Positions 45,441 to 54,139 of a stretch of 54,139 bases of DNA are shown piece by piece; the first letter of the stretch is position 1; each line of letters starts with the position of its first letter. The notes under the pieces were generated by a model, which did not search any database, was not told the origin of the DNA, and saw only the letters and a program-made list of their open reading frames with translations. The stretch comes from an uncultured Clostridium sp. (lineage in GTDB: Bacteria; Bacillota; Clostridia; TANB77; CAG-508), in the NCBI GenBank assembly GCA_946497905.1, contig CAMMMI010000001.1, positions 1 to 54,139 on the forward strand, read 5' to 3'. Position numbers and translations under genes: made by a program.

Positions 45441-46838
45441 TTGAAAAAAGATAATAAGAACAAAAGAATAGATAATAAAGTAAAAAATAGTAAAAACAAA
45501 AAAAATAAAAAAACTAAAAGATGGAAAAAAGTACTACTAGTTATTCTTTTAATATTATTAATAGCAGGAGGAGTATTTGCATATAAAGTATATAAAAATG
45601 GTGGAGGAGTATCGGGAATGCTAGCAACTATGGTTGGGCATGACGAGAACACAAAGAAAAATCTACCTGAACTAAAAGTTTTATTATTAGGGATAAGTAC
45701 AGATCAAGCAGGTGTAGAACTAACAGATACAATAATGGTAGCGTCATATAATCCAAAAACCCAAAAAGCATCATTATTATCAATTCCAAGAGATACATAC
45801 ACAGGAAATTACCCATCAAAAGCTACAGCATATGAAAAGATAAATGCTTTATATGGAAGAAAAAGTAGACCAGATGAAACATTAGAAGCTGTTAACAAAA
45901 TTACAGGATTAGGTATAGAATATTATGTAGTTATAAGAACAGAAGCACTAATAGAATTAGTTGACGCAATAGGTGGAGTTACATTTTATGTACCTAAAGA
46001 TATGAATTATGATGACCCTACACAAGATTTACACATACACTTAGAAGAAGGTGAACAATTACTTGATGGGGACAAAGCAGAACAACTATTAAGATATAGA
46101 CATGATAATCCAGATAAATATGGAAATATGGAAACATATTCAGATGAATATGGAAATAATGATACAGGAAGAATGAGAACACAAAGAGAATTTATAATGG
46201 CAGCAATAAAACAAACAGCAAAACCAGAAAACATATTTAAAATAGGTGAAATACTTGATGTTGCAGAAAGAAATGTACAAACAAATATTGATTTTAATGT
46301 GGCAAAAGATTATATACCATATATAGTGGAATTTAATACAGAAAATATAATTACAGGTACTTTACCAGGAGAAAATACAGATAAAAATAGCAGTGGTACT
46401 TGGGTATTTATCTATGATGAAGACGAAACAGAAAAATTAGTGCAAGAAATGTTTTATGATAGAGACTTAGAACAAGAAACCACAGAAAATGAAGAAAATT
46501 CAACTAATAATACAACAAACAATACAAATACAGCAAATAATACTACATCAACAAACAAAGTAAGTAAATCAGATATCAAATTAGAAGTAGTAAATGGAAC
46601 AGGACAAAGTAGTACATTACAGAAGGTTGTAGATGAACTAGAAGATTCAGGATACAATGTAACAAGAACAGGAACAACAAACACAACAGCTAAAACAATT
46701 ATAATTAACAAAAAAAATGCAAGTGATACACTCCTAGATAATATACAACTAATGTTAGGAGTTGGAACAATACAAAATAGTCAATCAAATTCAAGCAAAG
46801 TAGATGTAACAATTATATTAGGAAAAGACTATCAATAA
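45441..46838 (+). CDS. LCP (LytR-CpsA-Psr) family cell-envelope phosphotransferase with LytR_C-like C-terminal domain
   Basis: TTG start after AGGAG. TDTIMVASYNPKTQKASLLSIPRDTY and GIEYYVVIRTEALIELVDAIGGV. C-terminal VVNGTGQSSTLQKVVDELEDSGYNV. Confidence 0.85.
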   Translation: MKKDNKNKRIDNKVKNSKNKKNKKTKRWKKVLLVILLILLIAGGVFAYKVYKNGGGVSGMLATMVGHDENTKKNLPELKVLLLGISTDQAGVELTDTIMVASYNPKTQKASLLSIPRDTYTGNYPSKATAYEKINALYGRKSRPDETLEAVNKITGLGIEYYVVIRTEALIELVDAIGGVTFYVPKDMNYDDPTQDLHIHLEEGEQLLDGDKAEQLLRYRHDNPDKYGNMETYSDEYGNNDTGRMRTQREFIMAAIKQTAKPENIFKIGEILDVAERNVQTNIDFNVAKDYIPYIVEFNTENIITGTLPGENTDKNSSGTWVFIYDEDETEKLVQEMFYDRDLEQETTENEENSTNNTTNNTNTANNTTSTNKVSKSDIKLEVVNGTGQSSTLQKVVDELEDSGYNVTRTGTTNTTAKTIIINKKNASDTLLDNIQLMLGVGTIQNSQSNSSKVDVTIILGKDYQ

Positions 46839-46860
46839 AATTTTTACATTAAAAATAGGC

Positions 46861-47140
46861 ATTGGAATTTTTGTTACAACAGGCAATCAAGGATAATAAC
46901 AGCAATAAATATAGTATTTTGAATGTGATTGGAGTAATTTTAGAAATTCTTTATTAATTTTTTGGAAAATGTTCACGTTGAGCGAAGCGAAGACTAAGTG
47001 AAAGGATGCCAAAAAATTAATTTAGAATTTCTTGAATTATGTATTGAGCCGAAAAATACTATCTTTATCGCTGTTATTATCCTTGATATGTCCGTGAATT
47101 GTAACGAATTTTTACTTTCAATATCTATTTCTTAATATAA
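46861..47140. repeat. ~280-bp imperfect palindrome (two ~110-bp inverted arms around a GC-richer core), MITE-like
   Basis: The left arm ...gttacaacaggcaatcaaggataataacagcaataaatatagtatttt... pairs with the reverse complement of the right arm ...aaaatactatctttatcgctgttattatccttgatatgtccgtgaattgtaac. Inner arms: aattctttattaattttttgg / ccaaaaaattaatttagaatttc. Confidence 0.65.
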
Positions 47141-47154
47141 ATAATTTTAATCTG

Positions 47155-47330
47155 ATAAATCAAAACTTAATATATAAATTTATTTTTTATCTTAACATTT
47201 TAATCTTGTAAATCAAATTTAATATATAAAATTATTTTTATCTTAACATTTTAAGCTTGTAAATCAAATTCAATATATAAAATTATTTTCATCTTAACAT
47301 TTTAATTATATAAATTTTAGTATAAATCAT
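47155..47330. repeat. Tandem repeat, about 3.4 copies of a 51-53-bp AT-rich unit
   Basis: ttttaatcTKgtaaatcaaaWttMaatatataaaattattttNatcttaaca repeated from 47155, 47208 and 47259, with a partial copy at 47310. Confidence 0.7.
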
Positions 47331-47367
47331 TTATTATAGTAAATTGCAAATAATTAATGCTTACTAT

Positions 47368-48591
47368 TTATTTTCTATTTCGCATTTTTAAAAGAAAAAT
47401 TATAACCAACACTAATAAAAAACCTGCTACAAAATAGAAAGAATAATCCCATATATTAAATTTTTCAACACTATGAGAAGCAATCAAATTAACATTATAT
47501 TTCACACCATCAATTTCATATTCAGCAAATCCCATAGTAGTACCTTCCTCTATTGGAGCAGTCAAATTTTGATTTAAAGTAATAGAAGGCTCTAAATTAT
47601 CAATAGAAGAATCATTACTCACAATTGCACTTACATCGGTTTGTGCAATCAAATCTAAATTTTTAGTTTCTTTAGTAGCATTATCAATTGTAATACTGTA
47701 GATAGGATTTCCTTCATTAACAATAGGTTTAATACTATAATTACTATATCCATATTCATAAAGTTCTTTAGTTTCAGAAAATCTTAAAGAAGAATTATCA
47801 ACAGTCTGATTTCCTCCTAAAATAACACAAATAAATTCGATATCATTTTTATAAGCACTTGATACTAAACATTCACCAGCAGGAGTAGTAAAACCAGTTT
47901 TTCCAGCTGTTAAATATTGATAGTAATTCTTATTACTAGGAACAATCAAATCATTTGTAGAATCATATTTTCTAACACCAGACTTATTAGTTGCAGGGAT
48001 AGCAACAGAAGCACTACCAGCAATTCTCCTAAAATCATTATTTTGCACGCAATATTTCATAATAATTGCTAAATCATATGCGGTAGTATAATGATTTTCA
48101 TCATGAAGACCATAAGAATTAGTAAAATGAGTATTTTTCAAGCCTAAATCATGAACTTTGGTATTCATCATAGAAACAAAACTTTCTATAGAACCACCTA
48201 CATATTCAGCTAACACATTTGCAGCATCATTTGCAGAATGAACCAACAAAAGTTCCAATAACTGTTCAACTGTAAGAACTTCTCCAAACTGTAAATTAGC
48301 AGAAGAATATCCATCAGGAATATCCAAAATCGCAGTATCACTGACAGTTACTGCATCATCCAAATTGCAGTTTTCTAAAGTTAATATAGCTGTCAGAATC
48401 TTAGTAGTACTTGCCGGATACATTTTTTTATCTATATTTTTACTATATAAAATCTTACTGGTCTGGCTATCTATTAAAATAGCAGATTCAGAAATCAAAT
48501 TTGGTTCAGCTGATATTGCAAATGTAAAACTACAATTAAAAAACACTAATATTAGTACAATTATTGCCATAAATATTTTTCTATATTTCAT
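47368..48591 (-). CDS. D-alanyl-D-alanine carboxypeptidase (PBP5/DacF-type low-MW PBP)
   Basis: SxxK (ASTTKILT), SxN (SANDAA), KTG (KTGFT); signal peptide and C-terminal membrane anchor. Confidence 0.85.
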   Translation of the reverse strand: MKYRKIFMAIIVLILVFFNCSFTFAISAEPNLISESAILIDSQTSKILYSKNIDKKMYPASTTKILTAILTLENCNLDDAVTVSDTAILDIPDGYSSANLQFGEVLTVEQLLELLLVHSANDAANVLAEYVGGSIESFVSMMNTKVHDLGLKNTHFTNSYGLHDENHYTTAYDLAIIMKYCVQNNDFRRIAGSASVAIPATNKSGVRKYDSTNDLIVPSNKNYYQYLTAGKTGFTTPAGECLVSSAYKNDIEFICVILGGNQTVDNSSLRFSETKELYEYGYSNYSIKPIVNEGNPIYSITIDNATKETKNLDLIAQTDVSAIVSNDSSIDNLEPSITLNQNLTAPIEEGTTMGFAEYEIDGVKYNVNLIASHSVEKFNIWDYSFYFVAGFLLVLVIIFLLKMRNRK

Positions 48592-48763
48592 ATTTAAAAA
48601 ATCTCCTAAAAAATTATTAATAATATATTATATTATTTTTAAAAAATTTTCAATAAATTTTTTAAGTATGAACTCAAAAATTTTGACTAATAATTTATTC
48701 AAAATTTATAAATATAATATGAATTTTTTTAAAACAAAATATTTTTAGAAAGGATGAATAAAA

Positions 48764-49471
48764 ATGAACAATTTAAACAAAACACAAAAAATAATTATAA
48801 CAATAATAGCAATTATATTAATTTTAGGAATTTGCTATTATATATATTTCAAAGATGAAAGAGATATAAATATAATAGAAGATAATTCATTAGAAATAGA
48901 AGAGGTACAAGAAGAAACACAAGATGAAGAAGAATATAGTGATACAAGAATAATTGTGTATATAACAGGAGCAATAAACAAAGAAGGAATATATGAATTG
49001 CCAGTAAATAGTAGAATATCAGACTTAATAGAAAAAGCAGAAGGAATAAAAGAAGAAGCATATATAGAAAAATTAAATTTAGCGTACAAACTAGAAGATG
49101 GAATGAAAGTACATATACCAACAAAGCAAGAATATGAAGAAGAGCAAAAATTACAAGAAAATACAGACACAAAAGAAGATATGACTAATGAATATATAAC
49201 AACTAATAGTGGTATTAGCTCAATAGAAAATAGTATAGAAAATGGTAATAATAGCAATAAAAATAGTAGCAATATTAATACAAAGATAAACATAAATAGA
49301 GCAACTCAGACAGAATTAGATAGCTTACCAGGAATAGGACCATCAACATCAATGAAAATAATTGAATATAGAGAAGAAAATGGCAATTTTAAAAATATTG
49401 AAGAAATAAAAAATGTTAGTGGAATAGGAGAAGCAAAATATGAAAAAATAAAAGACAAAATAGAAATATAA
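48764..49471 (+). CDS. comEA: ComEA-family DNA receptor (SLBB + helix-hairpin-helix)
   Basis: N-terminal TM; SLBB-like IIVYITGAINKEGIYELPVNSRISDLI. C-terminal INRATQTELDSLPGIGPSTSMKIIEYREENGNFKNIEEIKNVSGIGEAKYEKI. Confidence 0.85.
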   Translation: MNNLNKTQKIIITIIAIILILGICYYIYFKDERDINIIEDNSLEIEEVQEETQDEEEYSDTRIIVYITGAINKEGIYELPVNSRISDLIEKAEGIKEEAYIEKLNLAYKLEDGMKVHIPTKQEYEEEQKLQENTDTKEDMTNEYITTNSGISSIENSIENGNNSNKNSSNINTKININRATQTELDSLPGIGPSTSMKIIEYREENGNFKNIEEIKNVSGIGEAKYEKIKDKIEI

Positions 49472-49478
49472 ATAAATA

Positions 49479-49565
49479 GTTACAATTCACAGCTATACCA
49501 GGGATAATAACAGCAATAAATATAGTATTTTTCGGTTCAATACATAATTTAATTATTTCTTAGAA
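49479..49565 (+). repeat. Solo copy of the arm of the 46.9-kb palindrome
   Basis: gttacaattcacagctataccagggataataacagcaataaatatagtatttttcggttcaatacataattt closely matches the reverse complement of 47040-47115. Confidence 0.6.
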
Positions 49566-49574
49566 GAATAGATA

Positions 49575-49620
49575 TTGACAAAAGAAGAATTATGTTATAA
49601 AATGTTAGCGTAAACTAACA
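49575..49620 (+). promoter_or_regulatory. Promoter plus inverted-repeat operator candidate upstream of the DtxR-family gene
   Basis: TTGACA-17-TAAAAT (49575-49603), followed immediately by TGTTAG-N6-CTAACA (49603-49620), reminiscent of the GTTAGC/CTAAC half-sites of DtxR/IdeR boxes. Confidence 0.45.
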
Positions 49621-49634
49621 AAAGGAGAAATATA

Positions 49635-50168
49635 ATGGAAACAGTCAATTCACAGGAAAAAAATATAACTAAAATAACCAATTCACAAGAAGAATATTTA
49701 AAAACAATATTTATACTAGAAAAAAACAATAAAAAAGTTAGGGTAACAGATATAGCAGAAAAACTACATATTACAAAACCAAGTGTAAATAAAGCTATAA
49801 ATATATTAAAAGACATGGAATTAATAAATTATAAAATTTATGGAGACATAAAATTGACACAACAAGGAGAAAAACTAGCAAAAGAAATAATAAAAAAACA
49901 TGATATATTAAAAATGTTTTTAAGTGATGTTTTAGAAGTAGAACCCAATAAAGCAGAAGAAGAAGCAAAACAAATGAAATACGCAATATCAGAAGACACA
50001 GCAAAAAAATTAGATCAATATATAGGCAAAATATTTGACTTAGGAGACTTAAACTGTAACTATGATAGTAATAGTGAGAAATGTAGAAACTGTATAAAAA
50101 TAACAGCAAAAAATAGACTAAAAAATTACCAATTTGGGGACGCGTCCAAAATGGGTAAAAATGCATAA
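49635..50168 (+). CDS. DtxR/MntR-family metal-dependent transcriptional regulator; last 14 codons lie inside a palindromic repeat
   Basis: EEYLKTIFILEKNNKKVRVTDIAEKLHITKPSVNKAINILKDMELI, a wHTH and dimerisation helix typical of DtxR. The tail NYQFGDASKMGKNA* is encoded by 50128-50168. Confidence 0.8.
   Translation: METVNSQEKNITKITNSQEEYLKTIFILEKNNKKVRVTDIAEKLHITKPSVNKAINILKDMELINYKIYGDIKLTQQGEKLAKEIIKKHDILKMFLSDVLEVEPNKAEEEAKQMKYAISEDTAKKLDQYIGKIFDLGDLNCNYDSNSEKCRNCIKITAKNRLKNYQFGDASKMGKNA
50128..50158. repeat. Copy C of the palindromic interspersed repeat
   Basis: accaatttggggacgcgtccaaaatgggtaa; same family as 185-216 and 43336-43451. Confidence 0.6.
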
Positions 50169-50181
50169 ATAGGAGGTAGAA

Positions 50182-50895
50182 ATGTTATTAGAATTAAAAG
50201 ATATATGTTTTGAAAGAGCAAATAAAAAAATATTAGATAATATAAATTTACAAATAGATACAGGAAAATTTATAGCAATTACCGGGCCTAATGGATCTGG
50301 AAAATCAACATTAGTAAAAATAATAATGGGAATAGAAAAGCCAGATTCAGGAAAGATTATTTTTAATAATAAAGATATTACGCATATGCCAATAAATGAA
50401 AGAGCTAAACTAGGTATAAGTTTTGCATTTCAACAACCTGTAAAATTTAAAGGGATAACAGTATATGACTTATTAAAAATGTCATCAAAGAAAAATATCA
50501 CAAAAAAAGAAGCTTGTGAGTATCTTTCTAAAGTAGGATTATGTGCAAAAGAGTATGTGGATAGAGAAGTTGATAATTCTCTTTCAGGAGGAGAATTAAA
50601 AAGAATAGAAATAGCAACTGTAGCTTTGAGAAAAACAAAATTGACAATATTTGACGAGCCAGAAGCGGGAATTGATTTATGGAGCTTTAATAATTTAATA
50701 GAGATATTCGAAAATATGAATGAACTTATAAAAGGGACAACTATAATAATATCTCATCAAGAAAAAATATTAAAAATAGCTGATGAAATAATATTAATGA
50801 AAAATGGAAAAATAAAAGATATAGGTATTAGCGAAGATATATTAAAAAAAGCTATGACAAACGTAGAATGTTGTAAAATAAGAAAAAGTAATTAA
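50182..50895 (+). CDS. sufC: SufC-like ABC ATPase
   Basis: Walker A GPNGSGKST, LSGGELKRIEIA signature, Walker B LTIFDEPEAGIDL. No TMD, and followed by a SufB/D gene. Confidence 0.7.
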   Translation: MLLELKDICFERANKKILDNINLQIDTGKFIAITGPNGSGKSTLVKIIMGIEKPDSGKIIFNNKDITHMPINERAKLGISFAFQQPVKFKGITVYDLLKMSSKKNITKKEACEYLSKVGLCAKEYVDREVDNSLSGGELKRIEIATVALRKTKLTIFDEPEAGIDLWSFNNLIEIFENMNELIKGTTIIISHQEKILKIADEIILMKNGKIKDIGISEDILKKAMTNVECCKIRKSN

Positions 50896-51005
50896 TAAAA
50901 ATTAAGTATAATAAGTCATAATTTAAATATAAAAGCAAAAAGTTTATTTCAAAGATAATAAATAGATGAAAAAGACTATACCTTAGAAAGGGATGAGATT
51001 AAAAT

Positions 51006-51932
51006 ATGGAAAACATAGATAATATAGATAAAGGACTTTTAAAAGAGATTTCAGGATTAGAAACTATGCCAGAAGGAGCATATAACATCAGAAAAAATGG
51101 AAAAGGAATAGAAAGAAAAGTTACAGATAATGTGAAAATAATTACAAAAAAAGATGTATCTGGAATAGACATTCATGTAAAAGAAAATACAAAGTTTGAA
51201 TTCATACATATACCTGTTATAATTACAGAAAGTGGATTAAAAGATATAGTATATAATGACTTTTTTATAGGAAAAAATGCAAATGTAATAATAGTAGCAG
51301 GCTGTGGAATACACAATGATCATCATAAGGATTCTCAACATGATGGGATACATAGATTTTATTTAGAAGAAGGTGCAAGAGTAAGATATATAGAAAAACA
51401 CTATGGGGAAGGTAATGGAGATGGAAAAAGAATTTTAAATCCTATAACAGAAGTATTTTTAAAAGAAGGTAGTTCTTTAGAAATGGAAAGTGTTCAAATA
51501 AAAGGAGTGGATTCAACAATAAGAGAAACAAAAGGACAATTAGACAAAAATACAAATTTTGTTGTAACTGAAAAAATTATGACTCATGGAAATCAATATG
51601 CAAAAACTATATTTGATGTACAATTAAATGGAGAAAATTCAAGTACACATGTAACATCAAGGTCAGTTGCAACAGATAATTCAGTACAAGAATTTGTATC
51701 TAAAATATATGGAAATGAAAAATGTTTTTCACATAGTGAATGTGATGCGATTATTAAAGATAATGCTAAAGTGACAGCAATTCCAGAAGTTACAGCAAAT
51801 AATGTAGAAGCAAATTTAATTCATGAAGCGGCAATAGGTAAAATTGCGGGTGAACAAATTATAAAATTGATGACATTAGGCTTGACAGAAGAAGAAGCAG
51901 AACAAGAGATTATAAATGGTTTTTTAAGGTGA
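51006..51932 (+). CDS. SufB/SufD-family Fe-S cluster assembly protein
   Basis: C-terminal HEAAIGKIAGEQIIKLMTLGLTEEEAEQEIINGFL is the conserved SufB/D C-terminal motif. Beta-helix-like central repeats. Confidence 0.7.
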   Translation: MENIDNIDKGLLKEISGLETMPEGAYNIRKNGKGIERKVTDNVKIITKKDVSGIDIHVKENTKFEFIHIPVIITESGLKDIVYNDFFIGKNANVIIVAGCGIHNDHHKDSQHDGIHRFYLEEGARVRYIEKHYGEGNGDGKRILNPITEVFLKEGSSLEMESVQIKGVDSTIRETKGQLDKNTNFVVTEKIMTHGNQYAKTIFDVQLNGENSSTHVTSRSVATDNSVQEFVSKIYGNEKCFSHSECDAIIKDNAKVTAIPEVTANNVEANLIHEAAIGKIAGEQIIKLMTLGLTEEEAEQEIINGFLR

Positions 51933-51998
51933 GGTTAATTGTATTGTATAACCTTATTTTAAAAAATATGATATAATATTTTCGGAGGATGATAGATA

Positions 51999-52688
51999 AT
52001 GGAATATAATAATAATGCTTTAGTTTTATACAATTTATTAAAGAATGATAATATAATAGGTTCTATTGGAAAAATAACATTTAAGTTAGCTAATACATGC
52101 GTGGACATATCAACTACCGATACTGTTGGTCAATCATTACAGTCTTGGCTAAAACAATATATGTTGAATAAAAATATAATATTTATGGAGATGGATAATA
52201 CACAAGAATTCCCAGACTTTATTCTTGATCCACTTGATAGAGAAAATAATTTATTAGAAGTAAAGGCTTTTAACTATAATGCAGGTCCAGGGTTTGATAT
52301 AGCAAATTTTGAATCATATTGTGATTCAGTTAGATTAAAACCGTATAGATTAGGGGCTGATTATTTGATATTTGGTTATTCAATGACTGGTACGGAAATA
52401 AAAATAGAAAATATATGGTTAAAAAAGATTTGGGAAATTTCTAGTTCTTCTGGGCCACATCCATTAAAAGTACAAGACAAGAGAGGTATGATATATAATA
52501 TAAGACCATGCAAATGGTATGGAATAAATACTAACAGATTTCCACCATTTACATCAAAAGAGAAATTTATAAAAGCCATATATAATACATTAAAAGAATA
52601 TCAACATTCTAGAATAGATGCAGATAAATGGTTACAAGACTTAAAAATTAACTATAAAAAATATTACAATAAAGATTTAAATATTTAA
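51999..52688 (+). CDS. Putative type II restriction endonuclease (PD-(D/E)xK)
   Basis: EFPDFILD ... NLLEVKAF gives a PD...E-x-K arrangement. Convergent with, and 35 bp from, a C5 methyltransferase gene. Confidence 0.5.
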   Translation: MEYNNNALVLYNLLKNDNIIGSIGKITFKLANTCVDISTTDTVGQSLQSWLKQYMLNKNIIFMEMDNTQEFPDFILDPLDRENNLLEVKAFNYNAGPGFDIANFESYCDSVRLKPYRLGADYLIFGYSMTGTEIKIENIWLKKIWEISSSSGPHPLKVQDKRGMIYNIRPCKWYGINTNRFPPFTSKEKFIKAIYNTLKEYQHSRIDADKWLQDLKINYKKYYNKDLNI

Positions 52689-52691
52689 ATA

Positions 52692-52717
52692 ATACTGAGG
52701 TATGAGTACCTCAGTAT
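52692..52717. terminator. Bidirectional terminator between the R and M genes
   Basis: atactgaggta-tgag-tacctcagtat flanked by A/T runs. Confidence 0.65.
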
Positions 52718-52722
52718 TTATT

Positions 52723-54099
52723 TTAATTTACATTTGACATGTGGTTATGATTATTATTTGAATTCAAACTATCAATATATGTATCAGCTATTCTATTAGA
52801 AACCTCTTTTACAACATTTATTACTACAGTATTTCCAAGTAAATCAAAACCACTTTTTATATCTTTTGAATTATTAAAATCTTCTAAAGTATATGTCTCA
52901 GGATATCCAAATAGTCTTAATCCCTCACGAAGTGATAATGATCTAATTCCGCCATTATCTATAATTCCTAATTTATCTACATCCATAGCCACAAGTGTTG
53001 GTGCAATATCATTTGGATCTAAAATCTTACTATATTCAAAACTCAATTTTCCAGATACGATATTATACCCTTTTTCTTTGCTTTTATCTTGGACTCTCTT
53101 CTTTGTTACTTTTCCATCATCTGTAATAACAGTTACTTCCTTTTTCGGATATTCCTTTTTTAAATATCCTTTTTTATCTAGATCTTCTAACATTTCTTCT
53201 AAATTAGGCTTATTATAAAATGTTTTTATTTGTTTAATTGTTAAAGGCATACCATCCATCCATTTTATTCCTATTTCTTCTGCCCACTTTTTTTTGCGTC
53301 TTTCTTTTAATAATTCTGATAATAATTCTTTTTGTTCTTTGGTTATTTTTCCTTTTAATTCTAAATCCCAACTATGTATATTATTACTTCCTCCTCTTTT
53401 ATCCTTAATAGATTTTCCGTATAATTCTTCTGGAGAAAACTTTTTAAATACACATTTCGAAAATTCTGTATTTTCTGTTTTTAAATTATTTTCTAATATA
53501 TCTTTTAGGACCTCTCTACTTTCTTCAAATTCTTCTAAATTAACCTTTTTATCTAAAGTTCCTGTAATATACACTCTTTTTCTTGACTGAGCTACACCGA
53601 ACTTTTTAGAGTCCAATAATTTCCATTCTACATTATATTCTAAATCTTCCAATTTTTTTAATATAACTTTAAATGTTTTTCCTATATTATCACCTTTATT
53701 TTCTAAATCATGGGTAACTAACCCTTCAACATTTTCAAGCAGAAAACCGTAAGGTTTTTTAGCTTTTAATATTCTTTCAATTTCAAAAAATAATGTGCCT
53801 CTTGTGTCTGCAAACCCCAACCTATTTCCAGCAGAACTAAAAGGTTGACACGGAAAACCAGCAAGTAAAAAGTCAAAATCTTCTATTGAATTGGCATCTA
53901 TTTCACATATATTACCAACTAATTTTTTGTGACTAAAATTTTTATTTAATGCTTTTATAGCTGTTGGTTTTATTTCAGATGTTAAAATACACTCTGTTTC
54001 AATTCCCTTAGCATTAAAAGCTTGTTCAAAACCCAATCTTAGACCACCTAATCCAGCAAATAAATCTATAAATTTAACTTTTTTCATATTTAATCTCAT
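52723..54099 (-). CDS. DNA (cytosine-5)-methyltransferase
   Basis: Motif I FIDLFAGLGG, IV GFPCQPFS, TRGTLFFEIERI, VI LLENVEGL, VIII QSRKRVYI, X GNTVVINV. Long variable (TRD) region. The start may be the MKKVKF Met (54087). Confidence 0.9.
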   Translation of the reverse strand: MRLNMKKVKFIDLFAGLGGLRLGFEQAFNAKGIETECILTSEIKPTAIKALNKNFSHKKLVGNICEIDANSIEDFDFLLAGFPCQPFSSAGNRLGFADTRGTLFFEIERILKAKKPYGFLLENVEGLVTHDLENKGDNIGKTFKVILKKLEDLEYNVEWKLLDSKKFGVAQSRKRVYITGTLDKKVNLEEFEESREVLKDILENNLKTENTEFSKCVFKKFSPEELYGKSIKDKRGGSNNIHSWDLELKGKITKEQKELLSELLKERRKKKWAEEIGIKWMDGMPLTIKQIKTFYNKPNLEEMLEDLDKKGYLKKEYPKKEVTVITDDGKVTKKRVQDKSKEKGYNIVSGKLSFEYSKILDPNDIAPTLVAMDVDKLGIIDNGGIRSLSLREGLRLFGYPETYTLEDFNNSKDIKSGFDLLGNTVVINVVKEVSNRIADTYIDSLNSNNNHNHMSNVN

Positions 54100-54139
54100 T
54101 CCTTCCTTGCCTTCGCTAACGCTACGTCTAGGAAGGCAC

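Overview
Very AT-rich, Clostridia-like Firmicute chromosomal window. (1) 0.3-6.0 kb: a sortase, cohesin and dockerin cell-surface cluster, containing a frameshifted dockerin-bearing glucosaminidase. (2) 6.07-6.33 kb: tRNA-Arg(ACG) and tRNA-Pro(TGG). (3) 6.33-25.64 kb: the dominant feature, a 9,624-bp integrative mobilizable element (IME) inserted at the 3' end of tRNA-Pro and present as a head-to-tail tandem dimer (attL, copy 1, reconstituted attP, copy 2, attR). All ORF translations are identical between the two copies. Each copy has a leftward operon: Xis-like HTH, replisome-organizer protein, tyrosine integrase, oriT-like inverted repeat, MobC, MOBQ-type relaxase with a nested MobB-like ORF, and a TMD-fused ABC ATPase. 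Each copy also has a rightward operon: an XRE regulator with an unknown C-terminal domain, then a Schlafen-like AlbA_2/HATPase_c_4 protein. These are followed by a GC-rich 9-site iteron array and a small zinc-ribbon gene. Back-to-back consensus promoters each carry an ATCCAWWWWGGATA operator in the spacer, which looks like a genetic switch. (4) 25.8-51.9 kb: mostly housekeeping genes (CobB sirtuin, LexA-like repressor, Ddh, M18 aminopeptidase, UPF0016 exporter, GldA/F/G-like ABC-2 transporter, YkvI, CvpA, LCP, DacF-like PBP, ComEA, DtxR-family regulator plus SufC/SufBD). Interspersed are a candidate sRNA, a membrane-protein / 16-aa peptide / membrane-HTH cassette, a large dockerin-MBL surface protein, a decayed islet at tRNA-Arg(TCT), two families of interspersed palindromic (MITE-like) repeats and a tandem repeat. 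(5) 52.0-54.1 kb: a convergent type II restriction-modification pair (PD-ExK nuclease plus C5 cytosine methyltransferase). The best candidates for undescribed biology are the IME cargo and regulatory modules (operator switch, XRE-CTD plus AlbA_2 pair, iteron array, TMD-ABC) and the peptide/membrane-HTH cassette at 27.9-29.1 kb. All functional calls rest on motifs read by eye; no database search was possible.
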